Assembly (NCBI GenBank): GCA_020891255.1
Contig: BQFW01000015.1
Location: 2,232,001 to 2,296,000, forward strand
DNA: 64,000 bases
Reading direction: 5' to 3'
Origin: Entomortierella parvispora E1425
Lineage: Eukaryota; Fungi; Mortierellomycota
Positions 1 to 13,064 of the stretch are shown here, in pieces; the stretch's first letter is position 1; each line of letters starts with the position of its first letter. The translations under genes were made by a program, and so were the position numbers. The notes below the pieces were generated by a model. It did not search any database and had not been told where the DNA came from. It saw only the letters and a program-made list of their open reading frames with translations.

Positions 1-1960
1 TCGTTTCTTTAATTGATCGTCCGATCCATCACACGCCCAAAGTCCAAACCACCACTGCCACTGCTGCCACTGTTGACCACCTCTCCCTTCGTCACCTCTG
101 CGCAGCCTGCCTGTCTGCGCTATGCTCTTGCTTTTTTGTTTTCCCTCTAGTCGGCCTGCCCAATTGGACACTTGAACAAAGGGTTGAGCAACGACCTCAA
201 TTGTCTTTGTCTCCCACCGGCCACCCCGGATCACCACCCCTCGGCTCCTGAGAAATGAACATCTTTTTGCTGAGTAAACACACGCCTTCTTCTCCTGGCC
301 ACATAAAGTCCGCCCTGGTCTGCTTTATCAGCCAGCTTGTCTCGGCCTTTTTGTAAAGGGAGACTGCACTACACATCATAGGTCGATAATCCGTAGCGAT
401 CGGTTACGCATCGTTGTCACCTCGTCTGCCTCCTGGTACAATTCAGATGCTGTTCATTTGTTTACTTCAACTAGAGGTGCTGCAATTCATGCTCTTGTTT
501 GTTGGCGAAGAGGGTGGATGAGTAAGAACCGTCTGCCGTCCTCTCATGTTTTCATACCGCTCCTATCCCATCGCTGACTCTTTTGTGTGCCCTGCGCTAA
601 TTTTGCAACCCAGGGTCTTTCTTGTTCCTCGGTTTCGTATCAGGAGATATAATAAAACAGCCCTACCTTGTCGGTTTCAAGGTATGGGCTGGGTTCTGGA
701 TGCACATCTATTGCATGTAGGATTTCCAGTTGAATGTTCTTTTATGAACCGGACATTTGTTCCCATCAAGGCCACGCGTTCTTGCTGCTTTGTGTTTCGG
801 GCCATTGGGCCCGATCAAATGGACAAACAGGCCTTTTTTTTGGGCTGAGTTGCAATTGCGTGAAAACGACAAAATCCAGCGGATCCTCGGCGAGAGTGGC
901 CAGTTGTAGGAAAACTGGAAAAGCAAATTGGGGTCACCGCTGCTCCCGCCCAATACACAGCAGTCTTTATCTGGCCTTCTTGGGGGAGCGCTTGGTCTGT
1001 TCAATCTGTTGGGACCAAAAGGTTGCAAAAATGTTTCGCACCATATCCTCCCCATATCCTCCCCTTGCAATTGTCATGTAGCCCTCCCCTATGTTTATTT
1101 CCTACTCGGAGCGTTTGATATTCTCAAAACTCACGGCTACCGTATTTGGTGCCAAGAATCCTTTGAAGGTCATGTTAACATCCCTATTCCAAGATCATGA
1201 AAAGAGCCGATTTTGGACTCGATGGAAAGACCAGACGGCAAGATCGCTCTGCCAGTCTTTCCCCTTTCTCACTTTTGATAAAATTTCCTCCGTGTCCCTG
1301 AGATTGTGATCATAGAACACATGGCAAAATAGATCGTCTTTCTTCAGGTGCCACAACACACTCAGATGGGATTGGAGGCTGACTGGTCAAGCAGGTTACG
1401 TTGGGACAAAGCAAATCCAAGACGAATCATGCTCTTCGCGACTACACGTTCTCTGCCTAGGGTGTGCTCTTGTGTTGTCAGCCGCGCGTCGTTTGTCTGG
1501 AGTTGGGGTTTGAGCTTATGAGCTTCGAACAAAGACGGAGATAACGTGTGTCCGTCCGCAGACTCTGTTTGACGGCTTGGGAACCCTGAAGAAAAGGTCA
1601 CTAGCCAGTGACAGAGGGGCATTTGGCGGGGGATGCTGTCGACTTCACCACGAGAGAGAGGAACAAGATGAAAAGACTCAAAAAGACAGAGCAAACAGAC
1701 AAAAGTGGACAAAATAGTGAGCAAAATGGAAAGAGCCGTGTCCAACCAGCAAGTCAAACTAGCACGTGCGCCGTCCGTCCGCAACTGGTGGACTGAGACC
1801 AGGCCATTGCGCCACCATTTTTAACAAACTCATTTTTCGGCCCAAGCGCTTTGAACGCAATGCTGCTTCTTCTGCCTTCTTTCCCCATCTCTTTTCCATC
1901 TTCTCTTCTGCATCTCATTCCCCATCCCTCTTCTTCCCAAAAGAAAAAAATCATATCGAC

Positions 1961-3851
1961 ATGGATTCAAGCAAAGAGAACGACCAGAAACTCAACGAGC
2001 AGCAGGACCACAAGTCTGCTTCCACTCTCAGGAACAGAAAGACAACTGTCGAGGACATCGAAGACGACTCGGACTCCAGCCCTGTCGCTACCACTACCGC
2101 CACGTCGATCTCTTCTTCAGTCGTAGCCTCCACATCAAAGTCCAAGGTCGCCAAGGATGACTCAAATGAAAAGCCAAAGTTGACCAGACCAGCCAGGCGT
2201 AACGCTCCTCCACCCAAGAAGAATCGGTTGAAGAACTTCTTTGTCTCGCTGTTGGTTGCCAGCACAGGTGTAGTGATCAAGTCTGCTTACGACAAGTTCG
2301 TGTTCAAGAACCGAGACATCTCCATTGACCAAACTATCGGTTTGCAAGGAAACTGCTACAAGTCTGCCTGTAAGTTTATTCACTTGATTTATCTTTGAGA
2401 ACCAGCCCATGCTTTCAACTCAGGAATGAGACTGACTTTTTTTATTGCCTCAGTTATCCCTGGACCAGCCAGCATTGAGATCAGCGATCACGATCGACTT
2501 GCTTTTGTTTCTTCGGACGATCGCTCTTGGCAAAAGGATAGCTACTACTTCCATCGTCCTAGTTCCAAAACTGCCGTGAACGGAGGCATTTATACCCTTT
2601 CTTTGGATGTATGTCTAATCCTTGAGCTGTCCGATCTATCTTGTTTTCATGTATTTAATGCCTTCTCAATTATAGACGAAAAATGGAACACCCAAAGAAG
2701 TACAGCTCAAAGGACGGAGCTTTGATGACTTTCATCCTGCTGGCATGTCACTCTATGACTACCAGGATCCCCAGACAAAAGCATGGAAGAGTCGCTTGTT
2801 TGTCATCAATCACTCCCACAAGGGCGATGCGGTTGAACTTTTTGACTATTCCTCTGGCTCGAACGTTTTGACTCATGTGAAGACGGTCGAGAGCAGTCTC
2901 TTTGTTACTCCCAAGGACATTGTTGCTGTTGATATCGACCGGTTCTATCTCACAAACCATCATGTACGTCACTCCTTTTTGATCCAGACGTGACGTGAGA
3001 ATGTTCAAAGTCCCATTTTGCTAACGTGCTGAACTACATGGTCCATAGGGCACTGCAATCAAATACGGTCGTATTGTTGAGGATGTTGCCGGTGTAACAT
3101 TTGGAGGTGTGGTGTATCATAATGGAAAGGACACTGTCACTGCCCTTTCGCGTCTTGCCAATCCCAACGGTAAGAGAATGCCTGTAGACTTTCACTTGTT
3201 CCATCAGTCTCCGAGTATTCACTCATGTTATTCACGACGATTTATTCTACGACGAAATGTCTTTTTCAACCGATTAGGCATCGCCCTGTCGCCTGATCGC
3301 AGTCAGATCTACGTTTCTTCCTTTATCGAGAAGGTTGTTCACGTTTATAACACGACCGAGGACATTGTCCACGGAGAACTTGTTTATGATGAGGATATTT
3401 GGGTTGGAAGCAACATTGACAGTCTGTCCGTTGATAAGCACACTGGAGATATCTATGTGGCCAGTCATCCTTCGTACTCTACCTATCTCCGCCATAGACT
3501 TGGCTACGAGCCCCAGTCACCTTCTCATGTTGTCAAGATTGAAAAATTGGCGCCTGAGAACTACATCCCACGTAAAAGTGACCAGCCCGACTATTATTTC
3601 TTCCCTGCACCCGTTCTTGCCCCAATCAAGTGGGAAATCAAGGATCTCTTTTACAGCAACGGCGAGGATATTTCTGGTAAGCTATATTTTTTCTATCTTG
3701 GATTTCAAGTCAGCGCCACCAAATCTAATTTTTTTTAATTTTTTTTTAAAAAAAAGCATCGACCGTCGCCACCTTCTGGAATAACGACCTGATCCTTGGC
3801 TCACCTTCAAGCCATCATCTCTTGCGTTGCAGTCTTCGACTTGACCAGTAG
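1961..3851 (+). CDS. Paraoxonase/arylesterase (PON)-like six-bladed beta-propeller with N-terminal membrane anchor; catalytically divergent. Exons approx. 1961-2369, 2454-2608, 2676-2963, 3049-3169, 3278-3676, 3757-3851
   Basis: The spliced product aligns by eye with PON1 blocks: NC..GPASIEI..LAFVSS, FHPAGMS, LFVINH..VELF, PKDIVAV..FYLTNHH, NPNGIALSPD, IDSLSVD..TGDIYVASHP, ISASTVA..LLRCSL. All five introns are GT-AG and keep frame. Confidence 0.85.
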
Positions 3852-5619
3852 ACTTGACAAAGCCAAGCATCGTCATCGTTTCATCACTCAATTGACCAAA
3901 TACAATTCACCTTTTTTTACATTTTTCATCTTCTATTTTGATTGTTTGTTAAAAGGACATGAACGGTCTGCGATGCTTTTGGGTGGTGGGAATATGGGCT
4001 TATACAAAGCCATCGCCTATTGTTTTACAATTTGCGCAGGAAGGTCTTTGGTCGAGTCTGCCTCACCAATCCAATAAGGTAGTGGTTATGGCACTTTATT
4101 GCTCTTGAGGAGGATTAATGTTGAAGCCAAGTGGCTATAATAATGATCTTGCTGCAGGGCTCCGCCTGGGAAGTGGGTATCTTTGAGGAGTATCCCAACG
4201 GGATGGGAAACGGTAAAGCAGCTAGTTGGCCCTATTGGCCCAAGGGCACAAGACGTTCTCTCAGGGTTCAAAAGGAGCACAAATTCAAGTGGAGCAAGGG
4301 TGACACTTCCAGAACCACAGCCCATTATTATTATTGCTCTGAACAAATATGAGGAGAAACAACCCGCAAATGTACCTGCGCAAGAATAGCCGTGATCGTC
4401 ATTTTGTTTTGTTTTTTGGAAGGATCATTCAAGTGCCGAGACTTTTTGGGCTTTTTTTGTCCACAAGGAGTGGTCGAGTCTCGAGATGTACGGAGACGGT
4501 CGCCGCAGGGGAATGGATATCCGACGAACGGACCCCTCTTTTGTCCCGCATTGCGCCCAACACAAGAGGAAAAGAAAGAGGGGGAGAAAGGGGCAGGGGG
4601 GTCTCCGTCGAAAAGCGGATCGTGTGGGGTTGACAAGACGCCTTTCCATTGTTGCCAGCCCAATTGCAGACATCTTGCAGGAAAAAGAGCGACAAAGAGA
4701 GGAGAGGGTTGTCGACAGTCGACAGTATGGCGAACAAGAGAATCAGCCGTAACCCGAGGTTGAAAGATAAACGTTGTTATCGGCCAGACTGGTGAAAGAG
4801 ACTTTCACCCACCAAGAAACAGCAGAGCACATCATGCAGCCATCTTTTTTGTCGATTCGACCACGACCCTTTTTCCGTCCCACCTGCACCGTTACAACTT
4901 GCACAGAGCACCTCCTCCCTAACTCCGGAAAGACGATCCGGACGCGAATAATAGAGTTGGGCTGGGCCTTTGCTTGTGCACCGCACGGCACTCTTTTGTG
5001 CCTTGACTGGCACAGGGACAAAATGGACAAAATGGACAAAAAGGCCAGAAAGTTTTTTTTTTGAGCAAGTGAGCAGCCGCAAAAAAAAAAAAAAAAAAAA
5101 AAAAAAGCGGCGGAGGCGAGCCATCCAGGCAATTTTATGTTGCTGGACTGGACATCTCCTGCAGATCAGATGAACGGCAGGAGAGGGCCGATGGGCTTGT
5201 TTGCAAGAGTCAATTGCAGTCGTCCATGTTCGGTCTGGCAACCCGGTGACAGTGGTCAATCTAACGAATTGGCCAAGACAGCGGAAAGGGGTGATCCTTC
5301 GACAATTTAAGGTCATCGTGTCAGTCAGTTGAGACGGACAGACAGGGAGGAGAGGCAGGAGACGAATGCATGCCCCGCCATGCTGCTCCCCCTGTCCTGT
5401 TCCTGAAGTTGTCTGTTTTGCTGATGGACGGCGGGAAGAGGAGAGCGACAAGGCAGAGAAGATACAGCTTGGACAGAGCCAGTGCCCTCAGCCTGTGTCT
5501 GGCCCGATGGAGATGGAGGGAACAAATGAAGTCCGCCCCGAGACACGGCACAGTCTGACACTGTGGGCGTGTCACACTGTTCTGTCCGCTGTCTGGTGCG
5601 TTCGTTCGTGCGTTCGCTC

Positions 5620-6060
5620 GTTCGTTCTCTTTTTCTTTTTCTTTTTCTTTTCTCCCCTTCCCGCTCTTCCTTCCGTCCCCTTTGCTTCTTCTTTCCTCGT
5701 CCTCCTCCTCGTCCTCCTCTTCCGTCCTCTTCCTCACTTCATTCATTACGTCCTTCCCTCCATTCCCTCCATTACTACTCCACGCTCCATTCCCTTTCTC
5801 TATTTCCGTCCATCCGTCCTTTTATTTTTACCTGCCATCCCACCTGCACTGCAAAAAAGTAAACCCTCAGACCTCGCCCTTGCTACCCGTGCATTGCCCC
5901 TCTCGTCCCTGTGCTGACTCTGAGAATCGACCTCTCTGCACCATTAGATCGTTGTTTGTCTTCGACTTCCTCTTCCTCTTCTCTGTCTCTCTTCCTCTCC
6001 ATCACTACATTCTTTGCCAGTTCTCTTTCCATTGGCCTTCCTTCATCCCGCCCTCTCCAA
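5620..6060 (+). promoter_or_regulatory. Long CT-rich polypyrimidine tract upstream of the flippase (promoter/5' leader)
   Basis: Several hundred nt almost devoid of G, with CCT/CTT repeats. Such tracts are typical of fungal TSS regions. The ORFs called here are low-complexity artefacts. Confidence 0.5.
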
Positions 6061-6296
6061 TTCTCCCTCTCCTCGAGCGACTCCCGCTTGTGAATTAACC
6101 CGACAGGTACAACCGAATCAATTCCACTCCACGCCAATCCGCCTTGCTCCCTCGAACCCACACCACCCATCCCCCATCCCCCCCTGGTCATTGTCTCCAT
6201 CGATATCTTCATATCTCATTCATACCTTCTCATTCTAATCAATCGTGCCTCTGTCCGCAATTCGTTCCCTAATAGTCGGATCCCTCTTGAGAGAGA

Positions 6297-9200
6297 ATGG
6301 CCGCGCCTGACAAAGGCAAGCTGCCTACGGGCCTGCCTTTTCCTTCCACCGCCACCTCCTCTTCCTCTTCCTCTCCACAACACCAACATCAGCAACAGGA
6401 GCAACAAAATACCCAGCGTGGACTGCCAATATCCTCCTCCCAGGTCTCTCCCCCATCGTCGTCCTCCTCTGCTTCCACTGTCGTCCCCAACACCACAGAC
6501 CCCGCGCAACTACTCTCTAGCAGTAATGCTAGCATACCCTCGTTGCACTCTCGTCGCAGAAGGGCCACCTTGTTGGGAGAGCAGCCTCTTATCATTACCA
6601 CCCCTCCAGCCGCCTCGCCACCAAACAATTCCTTTGGTAACAATGGCAGCAATAACGGCAATCGCAACACGTTGATCGATCAACCAGAGCAAACGCCCTC
6701 CAGCCTTTCGGCACAAGCAATGGAGCTCGAATCTGTATCCGACCATGCTGGAGCAGCAGCACCTGCAACTGGGCCCGCAACCTCGGAGCCTTACAAGGAA
6801 CCCCTCTCGATCGACGACCCAGCACCTGTCAAACCCGTCCAGGAATCCTTTTTCTCGGCCTTGCTGGGCAAGCTCAGTGGCCGTCGTCGCGTCTTGTCGA
6901 AGAACAGCTCTCGAGTTATTCCCATCAATGCCTCTCGAACCACCCCTCTAATCCAGCCCGAAACAGGCAAGCCTTTCGTATCCAACTCGGTCACGACGGC
7001 CCGGTACACGCTCTGGGATTTTTTGCCCAAGCAGCTTTACGCCCAGTTCTCAAAGATTGCCAACGTCTACTTCTTATTTGTGGCCTCGCTCCAGATGGTG
7101 CCTAGCTGGTCCCCCACTGGCCAGTACACAACCTTGGTCCCACTTTTGGTCTTCCTGTCCATTGCCATTGCTCACGAGGGATACGACGACTGGCGTCGCC
7201 ATCGTCAAGATAACGGCGAGAACAATCAGCCATCCAACGTCTTCCGCAGCTATCGCAATGCAACCAATTCCATCTCCTCGCCACCCCAGCAGCAGCAGAG
7301 TTCACCCTTCCCCCTCTCTGCCTCTGCCTCTTCGCGCCACGCCTTCAATGCTGGTGAAGATCGAAGGGGTTCGGTCTCACCAACAGAGCTCTCGATCACC
7401 ATCCCCTTGACGCCTGCAACCTACTCACCCTCGCCCCAGTTGGCTGTCTTTCAGAAGATCAAATGGAAGGATCTGGCTGTTGGAGACATTGTTCGGGTGG
7501 ACCAAAACGATTGGATCCCCGCAGACCTGGTTCTTCTTCACTCTGCTGGGCACGAGGGCGGTTGTTATGTCGAGACTGCAGCCTTGGACGGAGAGACGAA
7601 CTTGAAGCAACGTCAGACGCTCAGGGCCACAAACGATATTATCCGAACCCCCGAAGATTTGGTCTCTTTTACTGGTAAGAATTGCACCACCCAGTGGAGA
7701 AACTATTGTGTGAACCAGTTTTGCCGATCCTTCTTCCAATTCCTTGTGATTATTGGACGGATCCAGGAGAAAGCGAGGGACAGAAAGGATTCAAGCACAA
7801 ACACAGGGCTGTGGGCGTACCTGTGCCCAGTTCCTAACGAACATGGTTCAAAGTGTGTTTGTAATCTTGACTTGGGGAGCAGGTGAAGGATCCGGGAGAG
7901 TGAGTGGCCACTGCGTCATTTTTCGGCTGTACCGCCATCTAGACTGTCGGACAAGCTTTTTTTTTCGCGTCCGCTTGCTTATTCTTTTAACCGGAAGAGC
8001 ATCTTGCAACCTGCAGGCGCCCGCAATGTGGCCACATCTGCGCAAATAGCAGGACGCGGGCGCGGGACGCAGGGTGCGGAGGGAGAGACAAAAAAATCGT
8101 GCACAGGGGGGGGGGGGGAGATCATCTCTCTCAATGCCATGCGCCCAGAAGGGGATGGGCGAGGGGTCGTGTGGTGTGTGGCGCGAGGAGGTCCACTTGT
8201 CTGAGTCGGTCTGCCAAATGGGTGTCGCTGGCGCTGCTCACTTTTATTATTACGTGAATGCACATATCGGCAATTGATTTGGTGATTTTACAGACAATAA
8301 CCTTTTAATTTTTTGGTACATTGCTGTCCATCTGTCTCTTATTGTAGGTTGCGCTCATACTGAACAGCCCAACCAGGACCTGTACAACTTTGAGGGGTAC
8401 CTGGAGATCGGTCAAGGCAAGAACCTGCCTCGCTACCCACTCAGCATCAACCAAGTCCTGCTTCGTGGCACCATTCTCAGGAACACGCCGTACATCTATG
8501 GTCTCGTCGTCTTTTCAGGCGAGGATACAAAGATTCGGCAGAACGGTTCCAAGAATGTCCGTACAAAGGCTCCCAGTATGCAGCGACTGATCAACAAGGT
8601 CATCATTGTCATCTTCTCCATCGTCATCTTCTTATCCGCACTCTGCACAGTCTTGGCCGTGGTCTGGAACAGCAGAAACGACAAACCCGGTCATCTCGCC
8701 TGGTACTTGACTGCGAAGGGTGTTCTTCACGGCGACACAGCCTCGGTTCTCTTTGGCTATATTGTGCTGTTCAACACCATGATCCCAATCTCGCTCTACG
8801 TTACCATGGAGTTGGTCAAGCTGATGCAGGCCTATTTCATCCACCACGATATTGAGATGTATGATCCTATTTCGGACACTCCCGCAGAAGCCAGGACAAC
8901 CGTCATCAACGAGGAATTGGGTCAAGTCAGCTACCTCTTCTCTGACAAGACAGGAACTCTGACAGAGAACATCATGATCTTTCGCAAATTTTGTGTGGCG
9001 GGTCATTCCTTTAACCACGATTTGGACCCGGAATCGATCCAGAATGCTCAAAAGATGGCACAGGACAACCAGATGGCGTCTGGGCGTTCAGCGGATGGAA
9101 GCGGTGACTTCGATGCGCACAAAAAACCCAGGTACAGAAGTAAGGCCGGTAAGGTTGTCGGCAAACTGAGACGACAGTCTCAGCGACGCAACGGAACCAG

Positions 9201-12200
9201 TACCACGACCGGATATCAAAGTTTGGATGGGAACGAAGCCAGTGCGACCGAGATGGAAGCGAGCTGTTCTGAACGTTATCCAGACAGCATTCATGCTGGC
9301 TCGAGCCATGGCCACCAAAAGCCCTCGTACGCTGAAACTATCGTCCCATGCACCCCTACCTCGCAACTCGTTCCATTTTTGAAATCAGGAGCTCGCCATG
9401 CCATGACGGATAGGATTCGATTCTTTTTGCTAGCTATGGCCCTGTGTCACGATGCAGTTCCAGAGCTCATGGATGAGTCTGATCCCGAGAGTTTTAAATA
9501 TCAGGCCGCCAGTCCGGACGAGAATGCCTTGGTCGCTGGAGCCAAAGAGTTGGGCTATGTATTCTTGGAGCGCAGTCGTGGTGGAATCCGTGTTCGAACC
9601 TTGCCTACATCCGATTATGAGGTCGCCAAGGAAGAGTACTATGAAATTTTGAACGTCATTGAATTCTCGTCCAAGCGCAAGCGCATGTCGGTTGTTTACA
9701 GGATGCCTGATGGCCAGATTTGTCTTTTCACCAAAGGAGCCGATTCGATCATCTTGGAAAGAGTCAGGGACCCACAGACTGGCTTCAGGGATTTCGAAAA
9801 CCTGGAGTCGCCCATGCCGTTCACCCCTGATTCAGTTCATGGATACGATGGAATGGACCCCCTGGAAAGCTTGGAGTACACAAAGTCAGACGCCCTTCGT
9901 GGTCATGCCGCGGATCGATCCTCGGTTTCGGCTGGCGCCGGTGTTGGATCGACCCCTGTCCGGAGAAATTTCCCAGGCCGCCCTAGTCATGGTCGCCAGA
10001 CTTCACTGGATTCTGTTGGATTTACTCCAACCACACCCCGCCGGAAGGACACCGAGATCACTTCGGAAGAGGACGACCTCGGAGCATACTTTTTCGGCCA
10101 AACTCCTGGCTGGACTCAATCTGAGATGTGGGAATACCAACAAACTATGGATCACATTCAGGAATACGCCACGACGGGCTTGCGAACTCTTCTCTATGGC
10201 CATCGATTCTTGAGCAAGGAAGAGTATAGCCTTTGGTCCAAGCAATACGCTGACGCTCAGAGTGCAATTGAGGGTCGACAGGAGAAGCTGGAAGCCGTCG
10301 CCGAAATGCTGGAGCAAAATCTTGACATGACCGGAGCAACTGCGATCGAGGACAAGCTGCAAGTGGGCGTCCCCGAAACTATCGACAAGCTTCGTCGCGC
10401 AGGTATCCGTCTTTGGATGTTGACCGGTGACAAACGCGAGACAGCCATCAACATTGGTTACTCTTGCCGCCTGATCAAGGATTATTCTTCTACCATCATT
10501 CTGGATGTTCCGACGCAGGCTCAGGCTCACAGGGCTATGAACAAGGCCATGAAAGATGTCAACAAGGGCAAATCTCGACATGTGGTGGTGGTGATTGACG
10601 GAGCGACTCTTGGCATTGTGGAGCAGTCTCCAGAACTGATGGAGCTCTTTGTGGAGCTGGGTATTCGCGCCGATTCCGTCATCTGTTGCCGTGTCAGTCC
10701 CGCACAGAAGGCCCTGGTCGTCAAGACTGTCCGTGCTAAATGTAAAAACACTGTGACGTTGGCTATTGGAGATGGTGCCAACGATATTGCCATGATTCAA
10801 GAAGCCAATGTTGGTATCGGTATTACAGGAAAAGAGGGTCTCCAGGCCGCAAGATCAAGTGATTACTCGATTGCGCAATTCCGATTCTTGGAGCGTTTGC
10901 TCTTTGTGCATGGTCGTTGGTCGTACGTTCGCATCTCCAAGTTTGTGCTTGGAACGTTTTACAAGTGCGCCACCTTTTATCTTACCCAGGGACTCTTCCA
11001 GTGCTTTACGGGATTCTCAGGAACTTCGCTGTATGAGCAGTGGACCCTGTCATTCTACAACACTTTATTCTCATCGTTGCCAGTCATGGTCGTTGGCATG
11101 TTTGAACAGGATCTTAAGGACTCGACATTGTTGCTGGTTCCAGAACTGTACACTTTTGGTCAACGAAACCGAGGATTCTCACTCAAAACATACAGCAAAT
11201 GGATGGCAGCGGCGATGTATCAAGCTGTGGCGTCGATCATGGTTCCTCTTTGGTTTGCTGGCGCCATCGGCAAGCTTGGAGTGGAACCCGATGATGAGGC
11301 ATTGTTCTCCATGGGCCTGGGCGTATACACGACCATTGTTCTGGTGGTGACATTCAAGATTGCATATCTGGAGACGCACAACTGGTCTGTGATGACTCAC
11401 ATCACATCCTTCATGACTTTGGTGGCCTGGTTTGGATACAACACCGCGTACTCGTTCTTTTACCCGATCCGTACTGCCGGTTACCACGTCCGAGGTGTTT
11501 TCCAACATTTGGCGGGTCATTTGCCTTTCTGGCTGACTGTCATTGTAGCGTTTATGATTGCTATCTTGCCCAACGTCATGGCCAAGATCCTCAAGGCTCA
11601 GATCCTTCCCTCGGATGTGGATCTTTATCAGACACTGGAAAAGGACCCCGAGGCCGTTCAGCGATGGAAGGAATGGGAGGCCGAATTGGGTCAGCAAGGT
11701 GCTGAAGCCGAAGGTGTGACGGGTTCAAAGATTCAGAGACGTTTGTCGATTGCAGCCAGTATCGTCTCGCGACAGTCGTCCAGGGCAGCAGGCTCCGTGT
11801 CAAGCCATCGCAGGAACCGCTCCAAATCTTCACAAAGCCAGCAACAGAGGGACGATTCATTTAGCCTACAGCCTGTGAAAGTTGGACGACACTCGGAGGA
11901 TGCCCGTAGGGATTCTTATGGAGAAGGTCAGGATCAAGTCGGGGATCTTTGGGCCGCAAGCACGCACCGACGCGGGGCTAGTTCAGCGAGCCATACGAAC
12001 AGGGATCCAAAGAACCCTCGATCCTTGCTATCTGCTCAGACTGCACCCAGCTTCAACTATGTCCCCTCCTCTCCAGGACCAAACCGTCTCCAACGGGTGT
12101 CCTCATTGTCAGGGAACCGAATGGCTACTCCAGGTCCGTTGAGGAGGGCATCCTCGGCTGGTCAAGCATCTTCGGTGCACTTGTATTCGTCTGCGGATCT

Positions 12201-12234
12201 CTTCCAGGCTAGTTCGCCGACTACAAGGCGCTGA
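6297..12234 (+). CDS. DNF3: P4-type ATPase phospholipid flippase, Dnf3-like. Exons 6297-7674 and 8348-12234
   Basis: Motifs SVTTARYT..QF.K.AN.YFL, CYVETAALDGETNLK (DGET), MIPISLYVTME (PISL), SDKTGTLTEN, FSSKRKRMS, WMLTGDKRETAINIG, ICCRVSPAQKA, IGDGANDIAMIQ. A 673-nt GT-AG intron joins the two ORFs in frame (FTG|CAHTEQPNQDLYNFEG). Confidence 0.93.
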
Positions 12235-12586
12235 AAGGACGAGCATTTATTTCTGCCTTTGCTTTGTTTTCTTTCTTGTTGGATATGCTCATCTTTTCTT
12301 TCGTTCGTATTGTTGTTATTGTTTGTGAGTGTCAAATATATCCCTCATTCATTCAATCCTTGTACCATTAGCCGCCGTAAATAAAATACAAAAAACAAAG
12401 GAAATTTCATAAAAAAAAGTGCCCCTACTCCCTTTGGAGGTTTCGATCCTGGCAAGCCAGATGGGTGGCGAATGTTCGAAAGCACCATATCGCAAAAAGA
12501 AGTCACGTGCCAACTTTGTGGCCATTTCGCATCGCCTTCAAAGATGCAGATTCGGTTCTCTGCTTGACTTCAACCTCAACCCCACC

Positions 12587-13028
12587 ATGAAGTAAGTCCA
12601 TTGGAGAGAAGAAAGCGACGCCTCCGACCTGCCAGTTCGCTGATTGGCACCCCCTCTACTGAATTGACAGCGTATAATGTCATCATGTTTTATTCTGGTC
12701 TAATTTGTCTGCTTCAATCTTAGTGTTGTCAAGGAAATCCAGCGGTTGAATGCACGCGAAGCCCAGCTGTCGACATCTCATTCTCTCTCGGGATCATGGC
12801 ATGACCAATACAAGGATTCGGCACATATCTTTGTAGGAGGACTTCCCTTTCATCTGACCGAGGGAGATATCATTTGTGTTCTTTCCCAGTTTGGAGAGTT
12901 GGCAGGCATCAACCTTGTCCGTGACAAGGAGACGGGAAAATCCAGGGGATTCGCATTCTTGAAATATGTCGATCAAAGGAGTACCATCCTTGCTGTCGAC
13001 AATATGAACGGGGCTCAGGTACTTTAAA

Positions 13029-13064
<36 letters not shown>

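Noticed and set aside
1-1900. Several 60-140 aa ORFs on both strands (e.g. 734-1081, 708-1070, 1362-1784)
   Set aside because: No recognisable motif, no consistent splice pattern and no coding-like composition. Treated as intergenic; a highly decayed element cannot be excluded without a search.
3900-5600. Short ORFs between the PON-like gene and the flippase, including an MMCSAVS peptide also seen at 197-379
   Set aside because: The codons differ and the similarity does not extend, so it is likely coincidence. The remaining ORFs are driven by homopolymers.
7675-7886. C-terminal part of the 529-aa ORF
   Set aside because: Read-through into the intron; flippase homology stops at the GTAAGA donor.
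10003-10800. 265-aa antisense ORF inside the flippase (similarly 18428-19129, 24509-25366, 27369-27782)
   Set aside because: Antisense shadows of strongly codon-biased genes, with no motifs of their own.
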